From a bacterium (GTDB lineage Bacteria > Patescibacteriota > UBA1384 > CAILIB01): a stretch of DNA of 64,000 bases. This document shows, in pieces, positions 7,873 to 16,707 of this stretch. Under the pieces are notes generated by a model. It saw only the letters and a program-made list of their open reading frames with translations. It did no database searches and was not told the origin of the DNA. Each line of letters starts with the position of its first letter. Positions within the stretch are counted from its first letter, which is position 1. The stretch lies in the NCBI GenBank assembly GCA_037131105.1, contig JBAXRQ010000001.1, forward strand, positions 66,039 through 130,038, written 5' to 3'. The translations under genes and the position numbers were made by a program.

Positions 7873-9300
7873 CTAGGATGTGGGAACTGCGACTGGGTTC
7901 AGTAGGGTGTCTATCTGGTCGGCGGCAGTCTTGATGGCGTCAGCCGGGGAAATGCCGTTCTGGCTGACATTAACGATGGTTTGGTGGAAGGTTTGGTCAA
8001 ACTGGGTATGGCCTAGTTTGTAGGTGGTCTTGCCGGTGAGAATTTGCTTGCTCAGGAAGTCGCTGGAACTGTTCTGGTCCAAAGTAGCCGCAAATGGTGA
8101 CTTGAGCTTCAGTTCGCTGGCTAGGCCCTTGGCCATGGCTTGGTTGGTGTAAAGTTTCATAAAGGCAAAGGCGGCGGCTGGATTGTCGGCAGTCTTGGTG
8201 ACGGTCTCAAGAGAGAAACGGATCCAGTTTACTGGAGTCTGCGATACGCTTACCTGCGGCACAGGGCTAATTTGGGGACTGAAGTGAGGGTATTTTACTT
8301 TGAGTTTTTGTCCGAAGTCGGAGTACGCGACCACCATGGCAAGCTTTCCCTGGGCAAAGGCGTCGAGAGCGTCCGGCATGGAAGGGTTCCAGGAGTAGGT
8401 AGCCTTGCTAGGATCTGAGAACGAGGAGAAGAAGGAGAGGGCATTCTCACCTGGGCGTACCTGTCCTCCAGAAGGAGTGGTGGTGGGAACATGGAAAAGT
8501 GGGTTCTTGTGGTCGTCACTGACTATCTTGGCACCGTTCTGGCTGATCAGAAGTTCCAAAGTATCTTGGGCATTGGGAATGTTGTCGGCGGTACCGAGAG
8601 CGATGGCGGAGCGGGTGATGGTATTGCCGTTACGAATGGTAATGTACTTGACGTCATTGACTACATCGTCCCAGGTGGCCGGGGGATTATTCAATAGTAA
8701 GCGAACTGGTTGGTATAAGGCGTCGCTGAAATTGGTTCCGAGTGACTTGCGATAATCTTGTAGGGCTTGACTGAAGACGTCTTGGTTTACATAGAGCCTG
8801 AGAGTATCGACATTGGTAGGTAGGCCGTAGACATGGGTGCCGTCGGCACTGATGATCTGGCTGGAGATGCCGACAGGGTACAGTTTCTTCACTTCGTCCA
8901 CCGGCTTGGGGCTGCCGGTCACCTGGCTGAAGAAGTCGTCGGGGAGAGGCTGGACCTGGTCCTGGTAGTCGCCTATCCAGTCGTTGGGGATGCTCCAGAT
9001 ATCCGGCCCCTGCCTTCCGGCGAGCGACTTCAGGGAGGCAAATTCGTAGTTATCGATAGTTCGGTTCTGGTAGCTGACCTTGGTAGCTGTGTGGTCCTTC
9101 TGGAACTGAGTAATGGTGTCACGGAAGGAGTCGACTGCCTGGCCTACCCGCCAGATACGGATCAGGTTGGTATGGGGGGTGCTAGTACCGGTAGTGCTGC
9201 AGCCGGTCGCCACAAGGCCGAAAATGCCGATGAGGCCGACAGTGGCTCCCTTGGAGAGCTTCAGCCTCAGTTTTTTTGATGGTGAGTGGTGCTGCCCCAT
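7873..9300 (-). CDS. lipoprotein, extracellular solute-binding protein (ABC family-1-like), orphan
   Basis: lipobox LVATGC; PDIWSIPNDWIGDY and LYVNQDVF resemble sugar-binding proteins; no permease or ATPase adjacent. Confidence 0.55.
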   Translation of the reverse strand: MGQHHSPSKKLRLKLSKGATVGLIGIFGLVATGCSTTGTSTPHTNLIRIWRVGQAVDSFRDTITQFQKDHTATKVSYQNRTIDNYEFASLKSLAGRQGPDIWSIPNDWIGDYQDQVQPLPDDFFSQVTGSPKPVDEVKKLYPVGISSQIISADGTHVYGLPTNVDTLRLYVNQDVFSQALQDYRKSLGTNFSDALYQPVRLLLNNPPATWDDVVNDVKYITIRNGNTITRSAIALGTADNIPNAQDTLELLISQNGAKIVSDDHKNPLFHVPTTTPSGGQVRPGENALSFFSSFSDPSKATYSWNPSMPDALDAFAQGKLAMVVAYSDFGQKLKVKYPHFSPQISPVPQVSVSQTPVNWIRFSLETVTKTADNPAAAFAFMKLYTNQAMAKGLASELKLKSPFAATLDQNSSSDFLSKQILTGKTTYKLGHTQFDQTFHQTIVNVSQNGISPADAIKTAADQIDTLLNPVAVPTS

Positions 9301-9312
9301 AGCACGAGATGA

Positions 9313-10194
9313 TTATGAGATGGTTTCCTGAAGGTACTTTCTAAAGTCGGCACCGAGGTCCTCGCGCTCGAGGGCGAACTCAACAGTGGCCTTCAGGTAC
9401 TCAAGCTTATTGCCGCAGTCGAAGAACTTGACTCCCTTGAGCTCCTTGGCGAAAGTAGGGCGCTCCTGAAGAAGGGCGTTGAGGGCGTCAACCAGCCAGA
9501 TCTCGCCGCCTTTGCCGGCAGTCTGCTGTTCGAGCTTGGTAAAGATGTCCGGGGTAAGTACGCAAGAGCTGATGAAGGCATAGGGGGAGATCTTGTTGTC
9601 TACGCCTGGCTTTTCTACGACCTCGGAGAGTTCATACACTCCGTTTCCCTTGTCTTCCTTCACCTTGACATAGCCGTACTTGTCGTAGTCGCTGTCGGCG
9701 GTTCGTTCCATTACCGAGAGAACTGGTCCCTGGTATTGCTCGTAGGTGGCGATCAGCTGCTCGATCTTAGAGGGGGTTCCCTTGTAGACCTCATCCCCCC
9801 AGACCATGACGAAGGGCTCGTCGCCTACCACTTCCTTAGCCTGGAGAATGGCATGGCCGTTGCCCAGCTGCTCCTTCTGGCGGACGTAGACGAACTTGGC
9901 GATATCAGAGATGTCGCGGATCATCTTCTTCTGGGCCAGCTTACCTGATTTCTCAAGCAGGTATTCGAGCTCCAGATTGTAATCGAAGTAGTCCTCGATG
10001 GCCCGCTTACTGTAGCCGGTGATAAGAATGACCTCGGTGATGCCAGCCGCTACCGCCTCTTCGACGATATACTGGATGACCGGACGGTCAACGATGGGCA
10101 GCATCTCCTTGGGTATGGACTTGGTGAAGGGGAGAAAGCGGGTGCCGTAGCCGGCTACCGGGATGACGATCTTGCGAATTTTGGACATTTCCAA
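9313..10194 (-). CDS. galU: UTP--glucose-1-phosphate uridylyltransferase
   Basis: KIVIPVAGYGTRFLPFTKSIPKEMLPIVDRPVIQYIVEE. Confidence 0.9.
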   Translation of the reverse strand: MEMSKIRKIVIPVAGYGTRFLPFTKSIPKEMLPIVDRPVIQYIVEEAVAAGITEVILITGYSKRAIEDYFDYNLELEYLLEKSGKLAQKKMIRDISDIAKFVYVRQKEQLGNGHAILQAKEVVGDEPFVMVWGDEVYKGTPSKIEQLIATYEQYQGPVLSVMERTADSDYDKYGYVKVKEDKGNGVYELSEVVEKPGVDNKISPYAFISSCVLTPDIFTKLEQQTAGKGGEIWLVDALNALLQERPTFAKELKGVKFFDCGNKLEYLKATVEFALEREDLGADFRKYLQETIS

Positions 10195-10251
10195 TGAATG
10201 TTACGGTGGGTAGATACTCTTCCTTTGGGCGCTCTTGAGGCGGGCTCCGAA

Positions 10252-10647
10252 CTAACCGATTTCGACGGCGATGGTCTTAGTCCTAGCCTTGGCGGCCTTG
10301 GGAACGGTGACAGTAAGGATGCCATTGACCAGACGGGCTGTGGCCTTGTCGGAGTCTACGGCGACAGGTAGAGCATAGACGCGGGAGAAGGAGCCCCAGT
10401 AGCATTCCTGGACCATGTAGCCGTCTACCTGCTCGCTCTGGTTGTCATGGCGCTCACCTCGGATGCTGACCTGCTCGTCGGTGATGGTGACGTCAAGGTC
10501 TTCCTGGCGTACGCCGGCGATAGGGGCTTTGAGGATGATTTCGGACGGGGTCTGGTAGACGTCGATAGCCAGCTGGCCTTCAAGCTCTTCCATCCAGTCG
10601 GCCGGATCCACTATGGCCTGCATTGTCTCTTCTGGTTTTTTGCTCAT
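10252..10647 (-). CDS. Hsp20/alpha-crystallin small heat-shock protein
   Basis: alpha-crystallin domain; GILTVTVPK C-terminus. Confidence 0.85.
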   Translation of the reverse strand: MSKKPEETMQAIVDPADWMEELEGQLAIDVYQTPSEIILKAPIAGVRQEDLDVTITDEQVSIRGERHDNQSEQVDGYMVQECYWGSFSRVYALPVAVDSDKATARLVNGILTVTVPKAAKARTKTIAVEIG

Positions 10648-10695
10648 ACGGTCCTCCTTATTCCTATAATTCCTAGGATCTGATCTGTCACTAGT

Positions 10696-12003
10696 ATGCC
10701 CCAGTTTCCAGTGGCTTGCAAGGGTGGCCCGGACCTTGGAAATGCGGTAATGTACAGAGGTATGGCATATCTCTCTACACTCATTGCCTGGGCTCGCCGC
10801 CGCCCTGCCTCTGCCTTGCTCGCTGTCTTGGGAGTGGTCGCATTTGCAATTGGTATCTGGGCCCGGCTATATCACCTGGGAACTCCTAGTTCGCAGGTGT
10901 TTGACGAGGTCTATTTCCCGGTTTTTGCCAATGATTATCTGACCCACGTCAACTTCTTCGACGTGCATCCGCCGCTGGGTAAGTTCATCATCGCCCTAGG
11001 GGTCTGGGTATTCGGCAATGTGCCGTTTGGTTGGCGGATCATGCCGGCAGTGTTTGGCTTGGGTCTACCGGTGCTAGGCGGCTTCACTTGGTATTGGTGG
11101 CGCAAGGAGAGGCTGGGCGCCCTGCTGTTCGCAGTCTTTCTGGCTATTGAGACGATACTCATTGTCTATTCTCGCACCGGGCTGATGGACGGCATCCAGA
11201 CCTTCTTCATACTGGCTGTGTTTGCGGCGGCGGTGCGGATCAAGCGGCCCGAGCAGGTGGTCTGGGTGGCCTTGCTGCTGGGCATGGCTTGTGGGGTCAA
11301 GTGGATTTCACTGGGAGTCATCGTGCCGGTTCTCTATGTGATGTGGCGGCGGAAGTTGTTACTTCCGTTTCTGTTGAGTGTGCCGGTGGTTTTGGCGGCG
11401 TACCTGGTAGTCGTGGTGGTCGGCCAGGCACTTACGGGCTCTACCGATCCCTGGCAGGGTATGGTGCTATGGCACCAACAGGCCTGGGGCTATCAGCTGG
11501 GACTCACCGCCACCCATCCGTGGAGCTCGAAGTGGTGGAGCTGGCCGCTGATGCTGAGGCCGGTACTCTTTTATTACCAGTCCGATGACCAGGGTCGCAT
11601 AATGATGATTACCGCGCTAGGCAATCCCATTCTCTGGTGGAGTAGTACTGCAGCGGTAGTAGTTAGCCTTTTCGTGGTAATCAATGCCTGGTGGCAGGCC
11701 GGGTGGAGGAAGATGCTTGAGCATCCGCTTGTACCGTTGCTGCTCGGCTGGTCGGCACTATTTCTGCCGTTTATCCCGGTACACCGGGTCATGTTCATTT
11801 ATCATTACCTGCCGTCATATGCGTTTGCCATGCTGATGCTGACCGATCTGCTGGGCCGGATCTGGAAGCGCTCGCCCTGGCCGGTGGTGCTGTTTGTGGC
11901 AGTGGTGCTGGGGATCTCAATCTACTACCTGCCCTTTGCCATGGGTCTGCCGCTTAGTCCTGAAGGAAACCAGCAGCATCTCTGGCTGCAGTCGTGGCTC
12001 TAG
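10696..12003 (+). CDS. dolichyl/polyprenyl-phosphate-mannose--protein O-mannosyltransferase (GT39/PMT family)
   Basis: DEVYFPVFANDYL...FFDVHPPLGK signature loop, polytopic; true start may be M19 or M23. Confidence 0.75.
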   Translation: MPQFPVACKGGPDLGNAVMYRGMAYLSTLIAWARRRPASALLAVLGVVAFAIGIWARLYHLGTPSSQVFDEVYFPVFANDYLTHVNFFDVHPPLGKFIIALGVWVFGNVPFGWRIMPAVFGLGLPVLGGFTWYWWRKERLGALLFAVFLAIETILIVYSRTGLMDGIQTFFILAVFAAAVRIKRPEQVVWVALLLGMACGVKWISLGVIVPVLYVMWRRKLLLPFLLSVPVVLAAYLVVVVVGQALTGSTDPWQGMVLWHQQAWGYQLGLTATHPWSSKWWSWPLMLRPVLFYYQSDDQGRIMMITALGNPILWWSSTAAVVVSLFVVINAWWQAGWRKMLEHPLVPLLLGWSALFLPFIPVHRVMFIYHYLPSYAFAMLMLTDLLGRIWKRSPWPVVLFVAVVLGISIYYLPFAMGLPLSPEGNQQHLWLQSWL

Positions 12004-12662
12004 CCCACTGGGCGAGTCGCTGGGAGACGAGATTGCTGGACCTCTTCTTTCCTCGGAAGTGTGTTGAGTGTGGTATGGCAGGTGCGTGGCTTTGTGCTGG
12101 GTGTGAGGGTAAGTACCTGGTGGGGGCGGTGCCAGAGGTGCTGCCTTCGGAGGTGCTGCCGGCCGTTGTGTGTCTGCTGGACTTCGGCGCGGGTCCGGTC
12201 CGGGAGCTTATTCATTCCTTGAAATATGACGGGATCCGCGAGGCGGCGGGTGTTTTGGTGGGGTTGGCGGGGAAGTGTGTCAGTCTTGATGAGGCGCGAG
12301 GGTATTACGGGCCTGAGGCTATCTTAGTGCCGGTACCAACTAGCAAGGCAAAGCTAAAAATGCGGGGATACAACCAGGCACAGCTGTTGGCTGAGGAGAT
12401 TGCGGCGTGGCTGGGAGTGGAAGTAAAGGAGGGCTTAGTCGCGCATAAAAGAAAGCAGTCCCAGGTGGGCAAGGGACTGGCGGAACGGAGTCATTTGGAA
12501 GGCCGCTTTAGTGTGGTAAAGGATGGACTGCCCAAGGACCGGCCATTGGTGCTGGTGGATGACGTGTATACGACGGGGAGCACGCTCAGGGCCTGTGCGG
12601 AGGCGCTAAAGAGGGACGGGTATCGGGTGGCGGGTGGGTTGGTGCTGGCGCACAAACGCTAA
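11994..12662 (+). CDS. comFC: ComF family protein (double zinc ribbon + phosphoribosyltransferase domain)
   Basis: CxxC...CxxC N-terminus; VLVDDVYTTGSTLRACAEAL PRTase motif. Confidence 0.7.
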   Translation: MALAHWASRWETRLLDLFFPRKCVECGMAGAWLCAGCEGKYLVGAVPEVLPSEVLPAVVCLLDFGAGPVRELIHSLKYDGIREAAGVLVGLAGKCVSLDEARGYYGPEAILVPVPTSKAKLKMRGYNQAQLLAEEIAAWLGVEVKEGLVAHKRKQSQVGKGLAERSHLEGRFSVVKDGLPKDRPLVLVDDVYTTGSTLRACAEALKRDGYRVAGGLVLAHKR

Positions 12663-12741
12663 GGCGGTCCGTTGCTTTGGTGAGCTACGAACCGCCTTGG
12701 AAGCTTTTTGGTAGTACGCGTAGTGCGCAGCACCTCTGTCG

Positions 12742-13002
12742 TTAGTCGATGACCATATCCCAGAATTCAGGGGGAAAGTTGCTTTGGGAATCGTCGAGCC
12801 ATCTTAGCGTAGGAATCACTACTGTCTCATTGCGATGGGCAAGTTTCGCACATACCAGTCGGAGACGAGCGGTCTCAACCTGCGTGTGCGTTGCGCGTCC
12901 CGATATCTTCATATTTCGCAATCTTCTGTACCTCGCCTTGGCCCTTTTTACTGTGTGAGCCAATTGCGACGGACTTTTTGGGGAATCAAGATTCAGTACC
13001 AT
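12742..13002 (-). CDS. possible small basic protein (86 aa)
   Basis: internal ATG preceded by AAGGAG at 5 nt spacing; no recognisable domain. Confidence 0.3.
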   Translation of the reverse strand: MVLNLDSPKSPSQLAHTVKRAKARYRRLRNMKISGRATHTQVETARLRLVCAKLAHRNETVVIPTLRWLDDSQSNFPPEFWDMVID

Positions 13003-13217
13003 GATGCTCCTTTGCATGGTCGATACGGGGGTATCAGCCTACTGTCTCAAGAGTACTATTTTGGGGGAGAAAGTACAGGTACTTTGCCCGGCAGGAATGT
13101 GCCCTTCGGGCACCGCTTCCCGGTCTGCAGCGGCCGCTTAGGCGGCCTTGCTTACGCCGGGAGCACGAACGAACCTGCATCTATCGTAAGAAGGTCGCAG
13201 GTTCTTTCAGTTGAACG

Positions 13218-13263
13218 CACCAAAGAAAAAGAACCAACCGAAGTTGGTTCTTTTTCTTTGGTG
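13218..13263. terminator. terminator hairpin after tRNA-Arg; stem extends into the tRNA 3' end
   Basis: caccaaagaaaaagaaccaac-cgaa-gttggttctttttctttggtg; the same 38-nt trailer follows tRNA-Met at 56175. Confidence 0.75.
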
Positions 13264-13334
13264 CGCCCGGCAGGAATCGAACCTGCGACCTTCTGGACCG
13301 CAACCAGACGCTCTATCCCCTGAGCTACGAGCGC
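13259..13334 (-). tRNA. tRNA-Arg; anticodon reads GCG, CCA encoded
   Basis: manual cloverleaf GCGCTCG/CGGGCGC acceptor, TTCGATT T-loop, anticodon loop TTGCGGT; close to E. coli tRNA-Arg(ACG) overall. Confidence 0.8.
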
Positions 13335-13437
13335 AAACACTTTGCGGTTAATCTCACTTACCTCCTTCTCTAAGCGGAAGGTCTTCGCTGGTGTGGGACA
13401 CACACAGTGGAAACCATTCAGACCCTAGGACTCGCCT

Positions 13438-13470
13438 CCCGGCGGTCCGTCGCCTGAGCTACGAGCGCGA
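13438..13470 (-). repeat. degenerate copy of the tRNA-Arg 5' end (17 nt identical, then diverges)
   Basis: cctgagctacgagcgc shared with the tRNA-Arg 5' acceptor and D-arm. Confidence 0.5.
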
Positions 13471-13605
13471 ACAGTGGTGCCGACGACCGGCTTTGTGCGG
13501 ATAACAGGGTAACTATAGCGGAACCTGGTCTTTTTGGCAATGATCCGGGGCTATCCCCATATTGGAAAAGCTATGCTACGGTAAAAGCGACCCTAACTTC
13601 TCCTT

Positions 13606-14388
13606 ATGCGCATTGGCATCTTTGATTCCGGCTTGGGCGGTCTGCTCATCTGCCACTCCCTAGTGGCGGCATTACCTGACTATGATTACGTGTATCTCGG
13701 AGATACCAAACGAGTGCCCTACGGCAACCGTTCCCAGGAGGCGGTGTTCGAATTTACCTGCCAGGCGGCACAGTATCTTTTTGAAAAGGAAGACTGCCAG
13801 CTGATCATTGTGGCCTGCAATACGGCTTCGGCCGAGGCCTTGCGGAAGGTCCAGCAGGAGTGGCTGCCACAGCATTTTCCCGAGAGAAGGGTGCTGGGAG
13901 TGATCGTGCCGACGGTAGAGGCGCTCGGTTCGTTACAAGAAGGTGATAAGGTAGGTATCCTGGCTACCACAAGTACGGTAAACTCGCAGGCTTATCCCAT
14001 TGAGATTGCCCAACGTTTCCCAAGCCTTACCGTGATCCAGCAGGCGGCTCCGCTTCTGGTACCGCTCATCGAGCATAAGGGGCTTCAGTGGGCTGGGCCT
14101 ATCCTTGATCACTATCTCGAACCGCTGAGGGACTGCGCGGCCATAGTGCTCGGCTGCACCCATTATGCGGCCATAAAGGACATGGTGGCGGAGCGGCTGC
14201 CGCATGCGCAGATAATCGCCCAGGACGAGCTGATTCCGGCTTCGTTCAAGCAGTATTTGGGGCGTCACCCTGAGACTGAAATACTACTGGGACGAGGTGG
14301 AGGCAGACACTACCTGGTGACCGACTTGACCGAGAACCTACCTCATTTCAATAGCGTTGACATCAGCCTAACCGAGATCGCCCTATGA
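13606..14388 (+). CDS. murI: glutamate racemase
   Basis: IGIFDSGLGGL, YLGDTKRVPYG, VACNTAS motifs. Confidence 0.9.
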   Translation: MRIGIFDSGLGGLLICHSLVAALPDYDYVYLGDTKRVPYGNRSQEAVFEFTCQAAQYLFEKEDCQLIIVACNTASAEALRKVQQEWLPQHFPERRVLGVIVPTVEALGSLQEGDKVGILATTSTVNSQAYPIEIAQRFPSLTVIQQAAPLLVPLIEHKGLQWAGPILDHYLEPLRDCAAIVLGCTHYAAIKDMVAERLPHAQIIAQDELIPASFKQYLGRHPETEILLGRGGGRHYLVTDLTENLPHFNSVDISLTEIAL

Positions 14389-14846
14389 ACGCAGAAAACC
14401 CGCTAAGCCAGGAAGAGTTCGACAGCATCTATGCGAAGGTTCCCCGCCTGACGGTTGAGATTATTGTGAAGAATGACTCTGGCGCCATATACCTCACTGA
14501 GCGGGCCATCGGGCCTTGCAAGGGGAAGTGGCATCTGCCGGGTGGGACCGTGCGCTTCGGCGAGCCCATGGTGGAGGCGGTGGCTAGGATTGCCAAGCGG
14601 GAGCTGAGTATTGAAGTGACAGCCAGTCAGAATGTGGGGTATATCGAGTATCCCAGCCATTATCTACACGGGCTGGACTCACCGGTGGGCATTGTCTTTG
14701 AAGTGACGGCGTTTGACGGTGAGCTGGCGGTCAATGCCGAGGCCTCACACGGAGGCTGGTTCACTGCAGTCCCTGAGTGCATGCACGAGGATCAGGATGT
14801 TTTTCTCATTGAGCGCCGTTACTTGTCGACTTCAGGTAAGGGGTAA
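14385..14846 (+). CDS. NUDIX hydrolase
   Basis: Nudix box GGTVRFGEPMVEAVARIAKRELSIEV. Confidence 0.8.
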   Translation: MNAENPLSQEEFDSIYAKVPRLTVEIIVKNDSGAIYLTERAIGPCKGKWHLPGGTVRFGEPMVEAVARIAKRELSIEVTASQNVGYIEYPSHYLHGLDSPVGIVFEVTAFDGELAVNAEASHGGWFTAVPECMHEDQDVFLIERRYLSTSGKG

Positions 14847-15274
14847 TTGCCGAGGACCCGGCCGATGATCTGGCTCTTCAGAATCGGTCCGTAGACCCGG
14901 GAGTCAGTGCTGCCGCCCCGGTTGTCGCCTTCGACGAAGTATTGGTTCTCTTGTAATACTACCGGCTGGTTCTGCACGAGTACGGTCTCACCGGGAAGTC
15001 CCTCGACCCGCTTTACGAATCTTACCGACTGGGCGCCCTCGTACTGGACGATGACTACATCGTCTTTCTGGGGAGTGCGGAACCAGAGGCAGGCCTCGCA
15101 CACCGCCAGCGGCTGTCCGTTCTGGAGGGTGGGCTGCATGCTGTGGCCGTCTACCCTGAAGATGGTGATGACAAAGGCATTGGCCAGGATAAGCACTACC
15201 AGCAGTACGGCGATGCGACCCAGTAGGGTGTGGGCGTAGCGGAGCAGGCGGATGGGCTTGATGCTATTCAACAT
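14819..15274 (-). CDS. lepB: signal peptidase I
   Basis: VDGHSMQPTL, KRVEGLPGE, GDNRGGSTDSR boxes. Confidence 0.8.
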   Translation of the reverse strand: MLNSIKPIRLLRYAHTLLGRIAVLLVVLILANAFVITIFRVDGHSMQPTLQNGQPLAVCEACLWFRTPQKDDVVIVQYEGAQSVRFVKRVEGLPGETVLVQNQPVVLQENQYFVEGDNRGGSTDSRVYGPILKSQIIGRVLGNYPLPEVDK

Positions 15275-16679
15275 TGGGGTCCTTTAGTGAGGCCATGTCC
15301 TTGGAAATGGATTTGACAGTGTTCTCGATCCTGCGCAGAAATAGCAGGGGCTCGACGATGGCTTCATCCTGGGTGCTGTACCACTGAGGGACGCTGCAGC
15401 TAGTGTGACGGAAACGCTCGAGCCACTGATGAGAGCGGCGTCCCGCCAATGCGAACGGCATGAGCTGGAAGAGGAGGATGCCTTGGGTGCCCTCTTGCCC
15501 GATATGCTGGGAGTCAGCCAGGTAGCCGAGGAACTTCGAGCACTCTCCCAGGTAGCTCTTTCCCAGCGCTGAAAAGCTGAGGGTATGGCCTCCTGCCCAG
15601 TAGAGGGCGACGCCACCCAAGTACAGACCTACTCCCGCCCAGAGAATGACCGAAAAGCTGCTGAGCAGGGTGGCTCCTAGAGCCGCATAGAGCAGGCCAG
15701 CGAACTGCACCCCGATAGCCAGGGTCTTGATGCGCAGGTGGGTGAAGCGGGGATTCTCGGCAAAATAACCTTGTGTCTGGAAGCCGTCATAGATCTCAAG
15801 GTAAATCTGGTTTACCGCTGCTGAGAAGAGGTCCTTATCCAGGCTGGCCAAAATGTCCTCGAGGTGGCTGGTCTGGTTGGTGGCAAAAAGCAGGGCCAGA
15901 AGGCCGCGCTCATAGTCAGTCAGTCCTTCTACGGTTGCAGTGCGGAGAAATAGGATGCCATGGGGACCTTGGATGATTTGGAGATAGCCACGTTCAGCCA
16001 GGTCAAATAGCAGGGCGATGAGATCGGCAGGACCGACACCGCCATGGTGAAGGATGGCCAGTTGGATGGGGCGCAGGTCGGCCGGAGGGGTCGGGGTGCT
16101 TTGACGGCCGGTTTTCAGGGGAGAACGGCTGATCCATACTGAATAGCCTGAAAGCACCAGTAGAATGAGACCGGCGGCTATCGGTCCGTCATTGGGATTG
16201 AGGCCTCCCAGCCAGCGCTCAAAACGGACGAGGAGTCCTGGTGTGAAGAATCCCGGGTCAGCCTGGAGGGAGACGGCGGTATAGGAGTCAGGAACGATGT
16301 CGACTATCTGCAGGGTGAGGCGCCGCTCATCCAGCCAGCTGCTGTACAGAGTGCTGGTACCTTGTATAGAGATAAAGGTGGGAGTCACCTGCTCTTCTGC
16401 CTGGCTTTGGTCGAAGTCTATTTCGACCTGGGTATTGACCGGCTGGTCGGCATTATTTGGGGTGACCAGGGGAATGGAGAGCTCTCCAGCGGGTGTAAGC
16501 CTACCTACCAGCGTATTTCCTTGGCGGGCGTTACCCTGGCTGTCTACGCTGATGGGGAGAGCAAGATCTACGGGTGAGATCCGGCTATTCAGATAGAGTC
16601 CCGAAACGGCAAAGGCCAGTACCGCGACGGTGACGAGCGGCAGGGCCTGGGCAGCGAGAGTACGAGTCGAGAACGGCAT
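15264..16679 (-). CDS. hypothetical membrane protein (DUF2207-like architecture)
   Basis: signal peptide, extracytoplasmic domain, TM, cytoplasmic segment, then 2-3 C-terminal TMs. Confidence 0.5.
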   Translation of the reverse strand: MPFSTRTLAAQALPLVTVAVLAFAVSGLYLNSRISPVDLALPISVDSQGNARQGNTLVGRLTPAGELSIPLVTPNNADQPVNTQVEIDFDQSQAEEQVTPTFISIQGTSTLYSSWLDERRLTLQIVDIVPDSYTAVSLQADPGFFTPGLLVRFERWLGGLNPNDGPIAAGLILLVLSGYSVWISRSPLKTGRQSTPTPPADLRPIQLAILHHGGVGPADLIALLFDLAERGYLQIIQGPHGILFLRTATVEGLTDYERGLLALLFATNQTSHLEDILASLDKDLFSAAVNQIYLEIYDGFQTQGYFAENPRFTHLRIKTLAIGVQFAGLLYAALGATLLSSFSVILWAGVGLYLGGVALYWAGGHTLSFSALGKSYLGECSKFLGYLADSQHIGQEGTQGILLFQLMPFALAGRRSHQWLERFRHTSCSVPQWYSTQDEAIVEPLLFLRRIENTVKSISKDMASLKDPNVE

Positions 16680-16707
16680 GATTCCAGTATACTCCGGACA
16701 GCTTCCT

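Noticed and set aside
12663-13245. tmRNA or RNase P RNA in the long gap beside tRNA-Arg
   Set aside because: There is no GGGG…TTCGACGGG tmRNA 5' motif, no tag-peptide reading frame ending in a stop, and no GGAAAGTCCGGGC or ACAGAAACCCGGCTTA RNase P boxes. The T-loop-like pieces are partial copies of tRNA-Arg.
12835-13403. ORFs 12835..13323 (+) and 13152..13403 (-) from the six-frame track
   Set aside because: They run straight through tRNA-Arg and its terminator hairpin. The palindromic, GC-rich tRNA flank keeps frames open by chance.
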